From positions 220,100,001 to 220,164,000 of the forward strand of contig OZ024743.1 of NCBI GenBank assembly GCA_964016885.1: a stretch of DNA of 64,000 nt, read 5' to 3'. The translations under genes and the position numbers were made by a program. Source of the stretch: Eledone cirrhosa (taxonomy: Eukaryota). Of this stretch, positions 1-11,923 are shown one piece after another; positions within the stretch are counted from its first letter, which is position 1, and each line of letters begins with the position of its first letter. The notes below the pieces were generated by a model. The model saw nothing but the letters and a program-made list of their open reading frames with translations. It did not search any database and had not been told where the DNA came from.

Positions 1-492
1 CGGCTAATAATGGCTGCTGTAGAGTTTCCACTTATTTGTTGTTTTTGTTGTTGTTGCCGATGTGAGCTGTGTTGTTGGTGATGAGGATGATGAAGGCTGC
101 TGTTGCTGTTGATGCTGTTGTGATGGTGATGATGGTGATTATGTTGGTGGAGTTGATGACCAGTAGACAGTGCGGCGGCGGCGGCGGCGGCAGAAGAGGG
201 TAGGGTGGGGCTGCTGTTGAGGGAGAGGTGATGCGGATGGTGGTGTGGCGGATGGTGATGGTGGTGGTTGTGTTGAGGATGATGAAGTGAACGATGTTGT
301 TGTTGTTGATGTTGATGGTGGTGATGGTGGTGCTGTTGTTGTTGTTGTTGTTGCTGATGATGAAGATGATGATGGTTATGTAACATAGATGCCGCCGCCG
401 TCGTTTCTGAGTTCATCAAAACTGCATCTGTTGTTGTTGTTGTTGTTCCTCGTCTACCACTGACGCCACCACTACTACCACCACCACCTCTA

Positions 493-524
<32 letters not shown>

Positions 525-884
525 ACCACCACCATCGCCTCCACCGCCACCATCATCATCACCGCCGCCGCCGACTACAAGACCACTGACACCACTCAGA
601 ACGACACTTCCATCAAGTCCGCCGTCAACACCACCACCACTGCCACCACTTCCATTGCAAGTAACACCACCATCTCCACCAACACCAGCACCAACACCAC
701 CAACGATACCGAGCGAGGGAAGTGAAAGTAGCGGCGGTGGTGGAGGGTGCGGAGGAGGAGGAGGATGTGGAGGAGGTGGAGCAGAGTTCGATTTCGCCTC
801 AGGTAAATCCAGAATGTCCTTCACAGTGAAGCTGCTGGTTCGAACGGCGCTGACAGCCGAGGTCATCGCTAATTGAGGTTCCAT
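1..884 (-). CDS. Nkx2.2: NK2.2/vnd-family homeobox transcription factor, N-terminal coding region (partial; runs off window start, homeodomain not in window)
   Basis: Hand translation from ATG at 884: MEPQLAMTSAVSAVRTSSFTVKDILDLPEAKSNSAPPPPHPPPPP...GGGG...TTTTTTTDAVLMNSETTAAASMLHNHHHLHHQQQQ...HHH...AAAAAAA...ISGNSTAAIIS, open for ~294 codons. FTVKDILDLP matches the tinman/eh1 motif of NK2 proteins, closest to NKX2-2 (FSVKDILDLP). The subfamily call rests on this motif alone. Confidence 0.8.
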
Positions 885-1168
885 TATATATATTTCTCTC
901 TCTCTGTATGTAGACAGGCAGACAGGCAGACAGGCAGGTGAACAGTCCGACTGACAGACAGACTAACAGACCAACAGCCAGAACAGGTGAGCTATGAGAG
1001 AGCGAAGTGAGCTGCCTGCCTTGTGTATATGCGCGAATATGTGTGTACGGTATCTGATAGAGTTCGGTGGGGGGGAGGGGAGGAGGAGGAGGAGGGGGGG
1101 ATAGAAAAATATTAACAACAACAATAAGGATAATATAAATAACAACCCTCTAATACGTTTAACATCAT

Positions 1169-1214
<46 letters not shown>

Positions 1215-1459
1215 GCTGCTACTATTACTGCTACTACTACTTCTACTACTGCAACTATCACCACCAGCACCAGTACCAGCATCAACGCCACCTCTACTTC
1301 TACTACATTCACAACACCAACAACTGCACTGCAACTCCAGCTAAAGCTAATACTGTTGTTAATAATAACAACAACAATAAGAAAAGTAATAACAATAATA
1401 AGAGTGATAATAATAATGATGATAATAATAATTTGCAGACCCCTTCAGAACACTCATGT

Positions 1460-1690
1460 TCAGATGATAGTAAGTGTGTGTCGCTTGAAAAATGGGAACA
1501 CTTAAAAGCTTAAAGCGCGTTTGGGGTTCTCGGTAAAGCAGAATGTAAGAAGAAGTAAGTGGAGATGGGTGGTAACAATTAAAGTGAACTAACTGGACAT
1601 AGCTATTGGCTAAGCAACTGTACCACGTTGTCTAAGACACGCCTTATACAACGCCTTACACACTATTGGCAAAAAACATGGCTAACAGAG
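1460..1690 (-). promoter_or_regulatory. Candidate promoter/proximal enhancer of the NK2.2-like gene
   Basis: Non-repetitive island between microsatellites. Two GCCAATAG CCAAT boxes in gene orientation (1605-1609, 1665-1669), NK2-type TAAGTG/CACTTAA sites (1471, 1499, 1556), and a Gli-like TGGGTGGTA (1566-1574) overlapping a Sox-type AACAAT (1574-1579). Confidence 0.45.
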
Positions 1691-1749
1691 AGAGACTAAC
1701 GAGAATAACAAAGCGTGTGCGTGTGCTTGCTTGTTTGTGGGTGGGTGTT

Positions 1750-1751
1750 TT

Positions 1752-1793
<42 letters not shown>

Positions 1794-2609
1794 TTAATCT
1801 GTGTGTGGGTGTGTTTGTTAATCTGTGTGTATGTGTGTTTGTGGTTGATTCGGTGTGTGCGCGCGCGCGTGTGTGTGTGTGATGTTTCTTAATGTTTGTG
1901 TGTGTGATGCTTGTTAATCTGTGTGTGTGTGTGTGTGTGTGATGCTTGTTAATGTGTGTGTGTGAGTGTGTCTTTGTGTGTGTGTCTGTGTGTGTGACGT
2001 TTCTTAAACTGTGTCTGTGTGTGATGGTTGTTAAACTGTATGTGTGTGTGTATGTGCGTGTGTTTGTTAATCTGTTTGTGTGTGCGCGATGTTTGTTAAA
2101 CTGTGTGTGTGTGTCTGTGTGTGATGTTTGTTAATCTGTGTGTGTGTGTGTGTGTGTGATGTTTGTTAATCTCTGTGTGTGTGTGATGTTTGTTAATCTG
2201 TGTATGCGTGTGTGTGTGCGTGCGCATGTGTTTGTTAATCTGTGTGCCTGTGTGTGTGACGTTTGTCAATCTATGTGTGTGTATGTGGAGTGTGTGTATG
2301 TGGTGTGTGTACGTCTGTGTATATGCTTGTAGTTTGTGTATATGTTCCTGTGTGTATGTGTGATTGTGTGCATGTATCTATTTGTATGTGTGTGTGGTCT
2401 AAGTGTTTATGTGTGTGTGTCAGTTCGTGTGTATGTATGTGATAGTGTGTTTCTATCTGTATGTGCGAGTAGGACTGAATGTGTGTCAGTATACGTGTGT
2501 GAAAGCTGGTTGTATGTATAATGTTGATGTTTATATGAATATCTAAGTATTTGTGTGAGAGCATCTGCCTGTCTGTGGTTGTATTGTGTGTGAGTGTATG
2601 AGAGAGGGA

Positions 2610-2669
<60 letters not shown>

Positions 2670-2670
2670 G
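1750..2670. repeat. Compound (TG)n microsatellite with recurrent GTTTGTTAATCT motif, followed by (GA)n
   Basis: Directly visible. Confidence 0.9.
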
Positions 2671-2747
2671 TGAAAACTGTATGTATGGTTTTGTGGCCTA
2701 TCAGTGTATATTTCTCTGTATTTCTGCATATATATATATATATATAT

Positions 2748-2900
2748 AGGAAAGTGTTTAACCCCGACGGCAGAGCTCAAGGCGTTTCGACGGCTATTTC
2801 TGGACTAACACTTTCCTATTACCCACTCTACTACCCTAAGTATTGAGAACTCTGGTGCGTTATGGTCCATCTGGTTCCTTACCACAACTCCTTCGTAATA
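2748..2900 (+). mobile_element. Short TA-flanked dispersed repeat (related copies ~15100-15200, 29380-29468, 33735-33768, 41983-42106, 44871-44982)
   Basis: Shared CCCCGACGGCTGAGCTCAAGCCGTTTCGACGGCTA and/or GCGTTATGGTCCA(T/C)CTGGTTCCTTACCAC blocks, always adjacent to (TA)n. Confidence 0.7.
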
Positions 2901-2951
2901 TATATATATATAAGCAGCGATTCTTTGCTTAAACTTTAATCTGTTATTTTA

Positions 2952-2990
<39 letters not shown>

Positions 2991-3259
2991 TATATAAATG
3001 GAAAAAAATTAAATTTCATTTCTCACTCTTAGTACAGCTGATACTTAAATATAAGTATGTATACGTACATACATATATGTATACAGACGTACAGTAGTAT
3101 GTATATACATACATTCATGCACACATATATATATATGTACGTATGGGTTTACCGAACATTTATTATAATGTTCAGTTTGTTTGCAAACAAACAGCCCGAA
3201 TTAAGCCGTACAGTGTTCGGCAACCATCGTTGCCCTTTTGTTCAACACTGACAAAGGAA

Positions 3260-3307
<48 letters not shown>

Positions 3308-3351
3308 AGAAAAATGCGAAGTTGAAGGTGTTAGAGTCCTTTATTAATTAA

Positions 3352-3402
3352 GCCGTTATATATATTTCAATGACGATAAACATCGTGATCTCTTCAGACA
3401 GC
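3352..3402 (-). ncRNA. Type-I hammerhead ribozyme motif (Penelope pLTR-type)
   Basis: Minus strand: gcugu CUGAAGA gaucacgauguuuaucgucauu GAAA uauaua UA acggc, then AATAAA. Confidence 0.7.
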
Positions 3403-3571
3403 AAACATTGATTAAAAGGTAACATTTCTGAGGCAATTTTATGTGGAAGGGAGCAGACTAAAAAAATTGTGTTTTTGCTCTGGTCGTCCGCCCCCTTTTT
3501 ACTCCGTCACCCCTGTTCTTAGGAACTAATATGGCGTTGAGTGCTAGAAGTGAGTTGCATCCTTATAAGCC

Positions 3572-3638
<67 letters not shown>

Positions 3639-3661
3639 AATAGTAATAATAATAATAATGT

Positions 3662-4027
3662 TTTCTTTATTAACCACAAGGGTTTACATAAAGTAGACAT
3701 TAAAGACAGTACAGGACAATACAGGACGGTACAAATGGGCATTTCTGCGTGTAAAAAACGGAGGTTGAAATAAAATAACAAAGAAAAATTCCCCAATAGG
3801 GGGGAGACTTCCGAGGGACATTTGTAGAGAAAACCCATTAAAAGACCACAGTGGCCCTGACCACCAGGGCAAGTGCCCTCTCCCAGTTTTCCACCTTTAA
3901 TTTACAGACACATACTCAGAGAAGGCCCATTCATTCGGGCCATACTTGCTTCTCTCACCCATCTTTCAACAAAATGTTGGGAAGAGAGCACTTCCCTCTC
4001 TACCCTGATTTTCCTTTTCAAATGAAA
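3662..4027 (-). mobile_element. Tx1/L1-clade LINE 3' fragment inserted in (TAA)n
   Basis: Minus translation FHLKRKIRVEREVLSSQHFVERWV...; 3' UTR ends CCTTGTGGTTAATAAAGAAA; (AAT)n on both sides. Confidence 0.65.
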
Positions 4028-4046
4028 TAATAATAATAATAATAAT

Positions 4047-4228
4047 TGTTTCTACTTTTGACACAGGCCAGCAATTAACCAGTACATTACTGGTACTTTA
4101 TTTTATCGACCCCGTAAGGATGAAAGGCAAAGTTAACCTTGACGGGATTTGAACTCAGACCGTAAAGGGACGTAACTATGCTGGAAAGTATGGTGGCCAA
4201 CCATCTACTGATACTGCCAATCCACCAA
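4047..4228 (-). mobile_element. tRNA-derived SINE, family A
   Basis: B-box GAGTTCAAATCCC plus AACTTTGCCTTTCATCCTTACGGGGTCGATAAAATAAAGTACCAGT domain; about 10 copies in the window. Confidence 0.85.
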
Positions 4229-4239
4229 TAATAATAATG

Positions 4240-4725
4240 ATTTCATTTATTGGCCACAAGGGCCGACATGTAGGGGACAGTACAAAGACAGGGACAGTGG
4301 GGTTTACAATAAGGTCGAGTAAAAGTGCACAATGACAAGAGTAATTTAACAATGAAGATATACAAATATAAAATAAACTATGTATAAATATAACAAAATA
4401 AATTCCCCTGGGTGGATGACCCAGGGGTGACTCAGGTACCCCACCAATCCTGAACCACCTTGCGCTTCTAGGGTACCCATTGAGAGCATCCCTCTCCTCA
4501 AATTAGCTAGCCTATAGGCGCATGGCCATTCTCGCCACATTCATCCACCTTTTAGAAAATGTAGGGGGGGGGGGGGAGCACTTCTCTCTCCACCCTCACC
4601 TTCCTTTCCAGGTGAAACTTGAAGAAGTTGATGAGGGATTGGCCGAAGAGAAAAGTGTCTGTCTTCAGTCCTTTCAATCTGGTCCACCATATAACCTCTT
4701 TCGCAACTGCCACCAGACAGAGGAA
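4240..4725 (-). mobile_element. Tx1/L1-clade LINE 3' fragment inserted in (TAA)n
   Basis: VAVAKEVIWWTRLKGLKTDTFLFGQSLINFFKFHLERKVRVEREVL; 3' end CCTTGTGGCCAATAAATGAAA next to (AAT)n. Confidence 0.7.
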
Positions 4726-4758
4726 AATAATAATAATAATAACAATAATAATAATAAT

Positions 4759-5088
4759 TGTAATCTGAGTTTTCTGAATATTAATAATAATATTAGATTA
4801 ATTTGCAATCATACAAACAGCCTCTTTTAAGCCATGTCAGTAGAATGAGCCCCTCATTCTTGCTCTTGTATTGGCATTATCATATATTTTCACTAGCTCT
4901 GACAGTTGTCAAGTGAACAGTAAACTGCATTGATGAAGCGTAATCACCCAAAAACATTAGTGACTGCAGTTCTGTTTTCATGCCAACACAAGAGTAAGAA
5001 TGAGGGGCTCATTCTACTGACATGGCTTAAAAGAGGCTGTTTGCATACGAATCGAATCTTATTAATATTCGAAAAACTCAGATTACAT
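4759..5088. repeat. Foldback element (~110-120 bp arms) enclosing a decayed hammerhead motif (4924-4970)
   Basis: TGTAATCTGAGTTTT...TTGGCAT vs ATGCCAA...AAAACTCAGATTACA; internal actgca tTGATGA...aAAA cattagtg ac tgcagt. Confidence 0.8.
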
Positions 5089-5225
5089 TTATCGTATTCA
5101 GCCATGTAGAGCGATAACTTTTTGTTATATATATACATATATATATACACATTGATTTATTGTGATTTATTGGTGAGCTGTATTACTCTAAAGTTTTATC
5201 TGCGACTTCACAGGATCACCAGTCA

Positions 5226-5272
5226 TGTCTGATGATCCTGTAAGTACACAGGTGAAACTCCAGAGTAACAAG
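5226..5272 (+). ncRNA. Type-I hammerhead ribozyme motif, with an inverted decayed copy at ~5171-5222
   Basis: ugu CUGAUGA u ccugu aaguac acagg u GAAA cuc ca gag UA aca. Confidence 0.7.
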
Positions 5273-5499
5273 GCTCATCACTTAGCCAAATAAATGAATA
5301 TTTAAACTCTACTTCGGTATTGAGTTTTCATTTTTACGTCCGTCAATAATTCACGTACTCTCAGGTCTAATTATATTATTTTACATTGAAAAAAATCATT
5401 ATAAACGACAAAAAAATAACATTACAAGAAATCCCATATTTACGAACGTAAACTATACAATTACCGATTTCACATGTCCCCCACCCCTTATTTTCACCC

Positions 5500-6540
5500 C
5501 TTCTATTATTCTGGATACTCTCTATGTCTTATATACAACCTCTCCCCCTTCAACCTCTCCTCCTCGTCATCTCTACCACACTCTCTCGTAATCGTCCTCT
5601 CTCTTATCAATCACAAACTCCCCCTCTATCTCTTACGATACTGTCTCTCCCGATCCCCCTCTCTCTATTTAGAAATATTTATTTCTCCCAACCCCCTCAT
5701 TATATCTACAAGCATTGAAATCTACAACTCTCTATACGACACTCTCTCTCCCTATCCCCCTCTATATATCAATCACCACCAAACTATCCCCTTCTCTATA
5801 TCTACCATACAACACTTTCTCTCATTCCCCTCATTTTATCCATCACTACCAAATTCACCCCCTCTCTATATCTATCAATACATATCCCTATCAATCCTCT
5901 CACACTATTCATTACCACCCAATACTCCCCCTCCCTTCATCAACCATACAACATGCTATTCCAATATCCCACTCTATATCAAGTAACACCAAACTCTCCC
6001 CCTCTCTATATCTACTACATGGAACTCTCTTCCAACCCCCCTCTCTATATCAATAAGCATCAATCTCTTCCCCTCTCTATATTTAATGAACAACACACTC
6101 TTCTAACCTCCCTCTATATATCAATTACCTCCAAGCAATCTTCCTCTCTATTTCTACCATACAACACTCTCTGTCATTCCCTCTCCCTCTAGCCATCACT
6201 ACCAAACGCTGCCCCTCTCTAGACCTATCAATACTTACCTCTATCTACCCTCACACTCTATTCTTTACTACGAAACTCTCCCCCGCTCTATACCTACTAC
6301 ATGAAACTCTCTTCCAATCTCCCTCTTTATATCAATTGACACCAAACACCCTCCCCATCTATATATGTACTACACGGAACACTCTTCCAGCCCCCTCTCT
6401 ATATCAATTGACACCAAACACTCCCTCTCTATATATGTACTACACGGAACTCTCTTCCAACCCCTCTCTCTATATCAATTAACACCAAAGTCTCCCCCTC
6501 TCTATCTACCTCACGGAACACTCTTCCAATCCCCCTCTCA
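5500..6540. repeat. Pyrimidine-rich degenerate minisatellite (~35/70 bp units)
   Basis: Recurrent CCCCTCTCTATATCAATTGACACCAAA / CTCTATATCTACTACACGGAACTCTCTTCCAA units. Confidence 0.8.
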
Positions 6541-6650
6541 CTACCAAACCAAATAAAATGTCGCAAACAATTACACACACATATTCAAAGGAACAAACAC
6601 TCCAACACAACTATCTCGCTCTGTTTCTGCCTCTCTCTCACCCTCTCTCT

Positions 6651-6693
<43 letters not shown>

Positions 6694-6696
6694 TAT

Positions 6697-6731
<35 letters not shown>

Positions 6732-6838
6732 GAGAGAGAGAGGAAGGAGGAACAGAGTGAGATATTTGTGTTGGAGTGTTTGTACCTTTGAATATGTGTG
6801 TGTAATTGTTTGCGACATTTTATTTGGTTTGGTAGTGG
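6538..6838. repeat. Inverted repeat (~95 bp arms) around a CT/TA/CA microsatellite
   Basis: CACTACCAAACCAAATAAAATGTCGCAAACAATTACAC... and its reverse complement at 6740-6837. Confidence 0.85.
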
Positions 6839-7424
6839 ATAGTTGTGAGCAGGCGATATATATATTGCCAAAATATTACCGACGAAAGACCAGTAGTTGG
6901 AGGAAAGGGGGAGAGTTGGGAGAGGTATAACAGTGGTTGACTACGATTAATTTCTTTTTCATTTTGATGTTGATAAATAGGAACCCTACTGCGGCTGTAG
7001 GTGAGATAGGCTTTTGGTAAATAGATTCAGGAAAAAGGGGATTAATGCCCAAGTACGAACTCTTGACATTGTCACCTGATGCTTTCGTTTGAAGTATTAT
7101 GTCAAGATATGATTTGACCTTGGTATTTCACTACCAGAGAAATTAATAGAATTAGAGAATACAGACAGAATAAAGTTGAACAAATCAGATAATCGAGTGG
7201 GTGAAAACGTAAGAATAACATGAATGACGATGAAAGTGAAAAGAATAAGAGAATATCAGAACAAGAATAACGGACTAGATCACATTAGAACAGAATACAT
7301 GTGCTTGAAATATTGTCATGATACAATTTGACCTCACTATTCCGCCATCCGAGAGAATAATAAAATAAGAGAATAAAACTCGGTAAACCGAATAGGTGAA
7401 AATGAAATGAAAAAGGAATAATAA

Positions 7425-7775
7425 TTGTTTCTACTTATAGCACAAGGCAAGTGCATTACTGGTACTTTATTTTATAGACCCCGTAGGGATGAAAAGCAAA
7501 GTTAACCTCGGCGGGATTTGAACTCATCCGTAAAGGGACGTAACTATGCGTCAAAGCATGGCGTCCGACCCTCTACCGATACTACCAAATATAGGCACAA
7601 CGGCAGCAATTTGGGGGAGGGGAAAGTCGACTAAATCGACCCCAGTACTTTATTTTATTGACCTCGTAAGGATGAAAGGCAAAGCTAACCTCGGCGGGAT
7701 TTCAACTCAGAACGTAAAGGGCCGTAACTCAATGCCTCAAAGCATATTATCCAATGCTCTACCGACACTGCCAAT
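7425..7775 (-). mobile_element. Two tandem family-A tRNA SINEs
   Basis: GGATGAAA(A/G)GCAAAG(T/C)TAACCTCGGCGGGATTT appears twice on the plus strand. Confidence 0.85.
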
Positions 7776-7789
7776 CCAAATAATAATAA

Positions 7790-8710
7790 TTTCTTTATTG
7801 ACCAGAAGGGCCTACATATGGGCGACAATACAAACGACAATAGAACGAAGGCGGCAAGGCAATCTTCACTATGGACTCGTCGATAGTCGGATCCTTTCCA
7901 TACGCGGTAACAGCTGTTCAATATAACTCCATAAGTCATTAATGCACGGATACTGGACGAGTGCGTGCTGAAGGGTCTCGTCAGAACCAAAGCCTAGCAA
8001 CTTCACCGGTCCGTCCGTCTAGCGGACCAGGGCATTCGGAATTTTGGCTGATGTTATCGGCTTTTCGCAGCACTCAGCATCGGCCGGGGAGAGTTCCAGG
8101 AGGCTGCCGAGGTAGAGACTGAAGTCCACCATCAACTCCGCCCCCCTCCGAACAGTCGAGTAAAGTGCTGGCGAAAAGCCGCACACATCTGCCTGGAATC
8201 GTTCAGCACGCACTTGTTTCGGTCCGTCAAAACAGAATCGTGGTTTTGTTACCCCGCTGCGCCTCCGTCACACGGGCCCATCGAACAGCTTTCGTTCCCT
8301 CGTTTCTTAGAACACAAGCTTTAGCTCTGACAATGCAACCTTGTGTTTTGAATTGAAGAAATGGTCTAATGCCATTCTCGCCGCTAGAACGTCAGTTGTA
8401 ATGCCACTTTTAATCGCCTCGTCTAATTTAGCTATCAGCTCCCTCCTTTCGATTTTATTCTAACGTTACTTCTTTAATAAAACCTATTGAAACCAGTCTA
8501 TCCCCTCTCTTGAGAACCCCATCACAGTCAAATTACCCCTACGCCTGTCAAATTACACTTAACTAAAGTGGTGACCAGATCCCTGAAATGTTGAGCTTCC
8601 AGTAACCAGGTCCTAGCCTATATCTATCTAGGTCGACCATGCAGATCACAGATTTGTGATCTGCATAGGCGACCGTTCGGAAATGTGGACAACCTATACT
8701 ATCCTTATCT
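7790..8710 (-). mobile_element. Tx1/L1-clade LINE, internally deleted (end of EN, linker, 3' UTR)
   Basis: ADHKSVICMVDLDRYRLGPGYWKLN (L1 DH...GYWKLN motif), GCIVRAKACVLRNEG; 3' end CTGGTCAATAAAGAAA+(TTA)n; homologous to 51870-52730. Confidence 0.75.
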
Positions 8711-9371
8711 ACTGAGATAATAAAAAAAACCCTGTATATATACGATTAAGATGACCCTATGAAGTTGTTCCAGGTCCATACTGGCACATTAGGGAAATCT
8801 AGTCGGTACCTGTCAAACAGTTGGAACTGGCTGATGAGGTACTTGAGGCTTTTGCGTCCCTCGCTCCACGTCACGCGGAAAGCTTTCCATAATGTTCTTG
8901 TATGCGGTCTTCTGATACACGAAATATACTGGTGCCAAAAATGTCCTCTTTTTGGATTTCTCGGCCATCACTTTCTCGTTGGCTCTTCTTATTAGCTCGC
9001 AGTTTTGTGTGGTGCTTTGTTGTTGTTGTAGTTGCGCTTGCTTGAGTTTGGGTGATTGAGGTGGTGGTCTTGGTGTTGTTATGGATGTGTCTGTGTTTGT
9101 TGTGAGTGTGGAGTCTGCGATTTCAGTTGTCTGTGTGTTGTTTGCGGTTTTCTTTTTTTTCTGTTTCCTCTTTCGTTTCTCATGCATTTTTGGAAGATCC
9201 TCGTATTCGCTGTGAAATACGAGGTGTCTGTGTCTGTGCCAGATGCTTCTGTGTTTGTGTGGGTGTTAATGTGTGTATTTTTAGGTGAGGGTGAGTAGGA
9301 GAGGGAGATTGTGCCGAATTGTTTGCCCCTTGCTATGTATTCGATGTCTTCTCGGATACATTTCAGTGCAT

Positions 9372-9785
9372 TATCGGTAGAGTGCTGGACAACACGCTTT
9401 GCGGCATAGAGTTACGTTCTTTACGATCTGAGTTCAAATCCTGCTGCAGTTAGCTTTGCCTTTTATCCTTACAGGGTCGATAAAATAAAGCATCAGTAAT
9501 GTGCTGGGGTCCATTTATTTGACTTTCCCGTCCCCCCAAAATTGTTGGCCTTGGGCCTAAATCAGAAAGGGCGGTGGATTGGCAGCATCGATAGTGCGTC
9601 GAACAATATCTTTGTGACATAGAGTTACGTCCCTTTGAGATCTGAGTTCAAATCCCACTGAAGTTAGCTTTGCCTTTCATCGTTATGTGGTTGAGAAAAT
9701 AAAGCACCAGTAACACTCCGGGGTCAATTTAATCCACTTTCCCCTTCCCTTAAAATTGCTGGCCTTGGCTCTAAACGAGAAACCG
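9372..9785 (+). mobile_element. Two tandem family-A tRNA SINEs
   Basis: GATCTGAGTTCAAATCC...TTAGCTTTGCCTTT appears twice. Confidence 0.85.
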
Positions 9786-11454
9786 TTATCTATAATCATG
9801 TTGTGTATGGATATACGCCTTTATTGCCCATAGCAATGTACTGCAAACAATGATTTAATATTTATTTATTTGTTTCTTCATTCAACAAATGTATTGTAAG
9901 CTCCCTGTAACAGATTTGCACGGTTGTACGTTCAAATCTTGACTCATTGAGTAAGTAATGGGAGCAATGGAGAATATACGGAATATTTTTCCTATAACTC
10001 CATTTAACAATAAATAGTTCGTAAAATACGGAATATTTAGATACAGTATATATAATGATTATTGTCGGTATGATAACATCGAATTGCAGCAAATTTCAGT
10101 TAAAACGTATTTTTTGAGATGTAATTTAAAAACTATTCAGCGTTCAGAATAAATAGATGATATCCGTTTTTCCATATTAGCGAAACCTTTGGAGATATTA
10201 ATAAAACAATGCTTTCGTATTTTGTTATTTTTATGTACATTCTTTGAACACGTATTCCATTAGCTAACAACACGTACGAAAAGCTATATATTTTGTCAAC
10301 TTAAATATCATATATAATATCACCTTCGAATAATATAATTTCTCTTTGTTTTAATGTTTCAAGCATTTTCAGATATAAATCATAAATCCACCTTACTGTT
10401 TTAATAATGCCTTATACAGGTTGTATCAATAGTCCAGACATATTCTGCTATATAATACATCAAACCTTAATGCTAACTAAATTTTCCTTCAAATAGTGAA
10501 GTCCATGACACCGACATCAACACCCACAGTAACATTAATACACTACAACGATACATATCTCAAAACGGCGAACATTAAAGGAAGCCAATTGTGATATATT
10601 TGTTACTAAACACAAGAAATATAGAGGGATATTGAATGACGATCTGAAAATATTTCGCTTGTTACTTGGCCAACAAACAGTACACTAAATACAGTGTTTC
10701 TTATGAGGGTGGGATATTAGAGCACTTGACTGCTATTTGTAAATCAAAATTTGGTTTCTCATAACGAATCTTTGTCCTATATTCGAGAACATTTTATATG
10801 AATATTTAGTTGAATCATTTTATCGCCAGATTTCCACTAAATATTTTTAATAGCTTACTCCCAAACAAGTAGTAAACTTAGTTTAATGATTCTGTCTCAT
10901 AATCACTCTTTACACTAACAATAGAAGCTAGTCAAGAAATTAGTTGAACATCGATTATAGTATATAATCAATTTTAGAACAACAGGGTCCCCCAATTGCT
11001 GTTAGTGAATTAATTAAACTATAATCAGGCATAGGAGAATATTTTAACACAAAATGAACAAATAAAAATATCCTATAAATTATTAACTCAAATTAATTTT
11101 TATAAAATGTTTTAAATATGCAGCATATTGTATGTTTTAAGTTATTCCGCATTCTACTAATATCACTTTCTAATAACTACTGTAATGTTTGTAATTCGAA
11201 GTTAGTGTATATCAGTTCATAGTGAGACCTTGCAATTTCAAAGTAAGATTAATGACTTGAAAGAGAGACTAGCGATTTCAAAATTAGATTAATGCAAAAG
11301 AATTTGACAATAAGATCATGAGAAACAGAGAACATGACATAAGTGTTGGTAAGAAGGTCATGCAAAGTCTATGTGAACTTACGTGGTTAATTATAAATTT
11401 TTATAAACGTAGTATTAAGGCAAGAAACCCATCATATGGCCGAAATAACTATCA

Positions 11455-11651
11455 CAGACCTGCCAACCTCTAAAAACCCAAACGGGGAGAACCATGAAAA
11501 AAGTGCCCCCAAACGGGGAGAAATGAGGCAAAATTGGAAGAGAGTTTTACATAATGAAAGCTATACCTATTTTCACAAGAGAAGACATCTCTCATCCACC
11601 CCAAATTGGGTGGGAGATCTCCCGGTCAGACGAGGAGAGTTGACAGGTCTG
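11455..11651. mobile_element. MITE with CAGACCTG(C/T)CAAC TIRs and 6-bp flanking duplication CTATCA
   Basis: cagacctgccaacctc...gagagttgacaggtctg; CTATCA at 11449-11454 and 11652-11657. Confidence 0.7.
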
Positions 11652-11923
11652 CTATCAGTCTTTTTAACGCTGATCCACGACTATAAGGTTGGTCTTCTTT
11701 ATTCTACATTCACTTGGTGCTGCTTGTCTGGGCATTACAAAAGTTTAAATTTAACGATTAGTTATCGCACTGTGCCCTAAACATTCGCACATTCGTCAGA
11801 TCTTATCAATGCAATAATTCCATAGAAAACGAGCAATTACGACTATGATTAAAAAAAGAGGTGGTTTTTTTTTTTTTAATAACTTATGTATCCTCGGCTA
11901 ATTAAATCAAATATGTTTAGGTT

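Noticed and set aside
655-1334. Track ORFs 655-876(+), 963-1334(-) and 1112-1312(-)
   Set aside because: Antisense shadow of the NK2 frame, or (TAG/CTA)n repeat translations in the probable 5' UTR.
5500-6540. CRISPR-like or coding tandem array
   Set aside because: Eukaryotic context, degenerate units without unique spacers, no cas genes.
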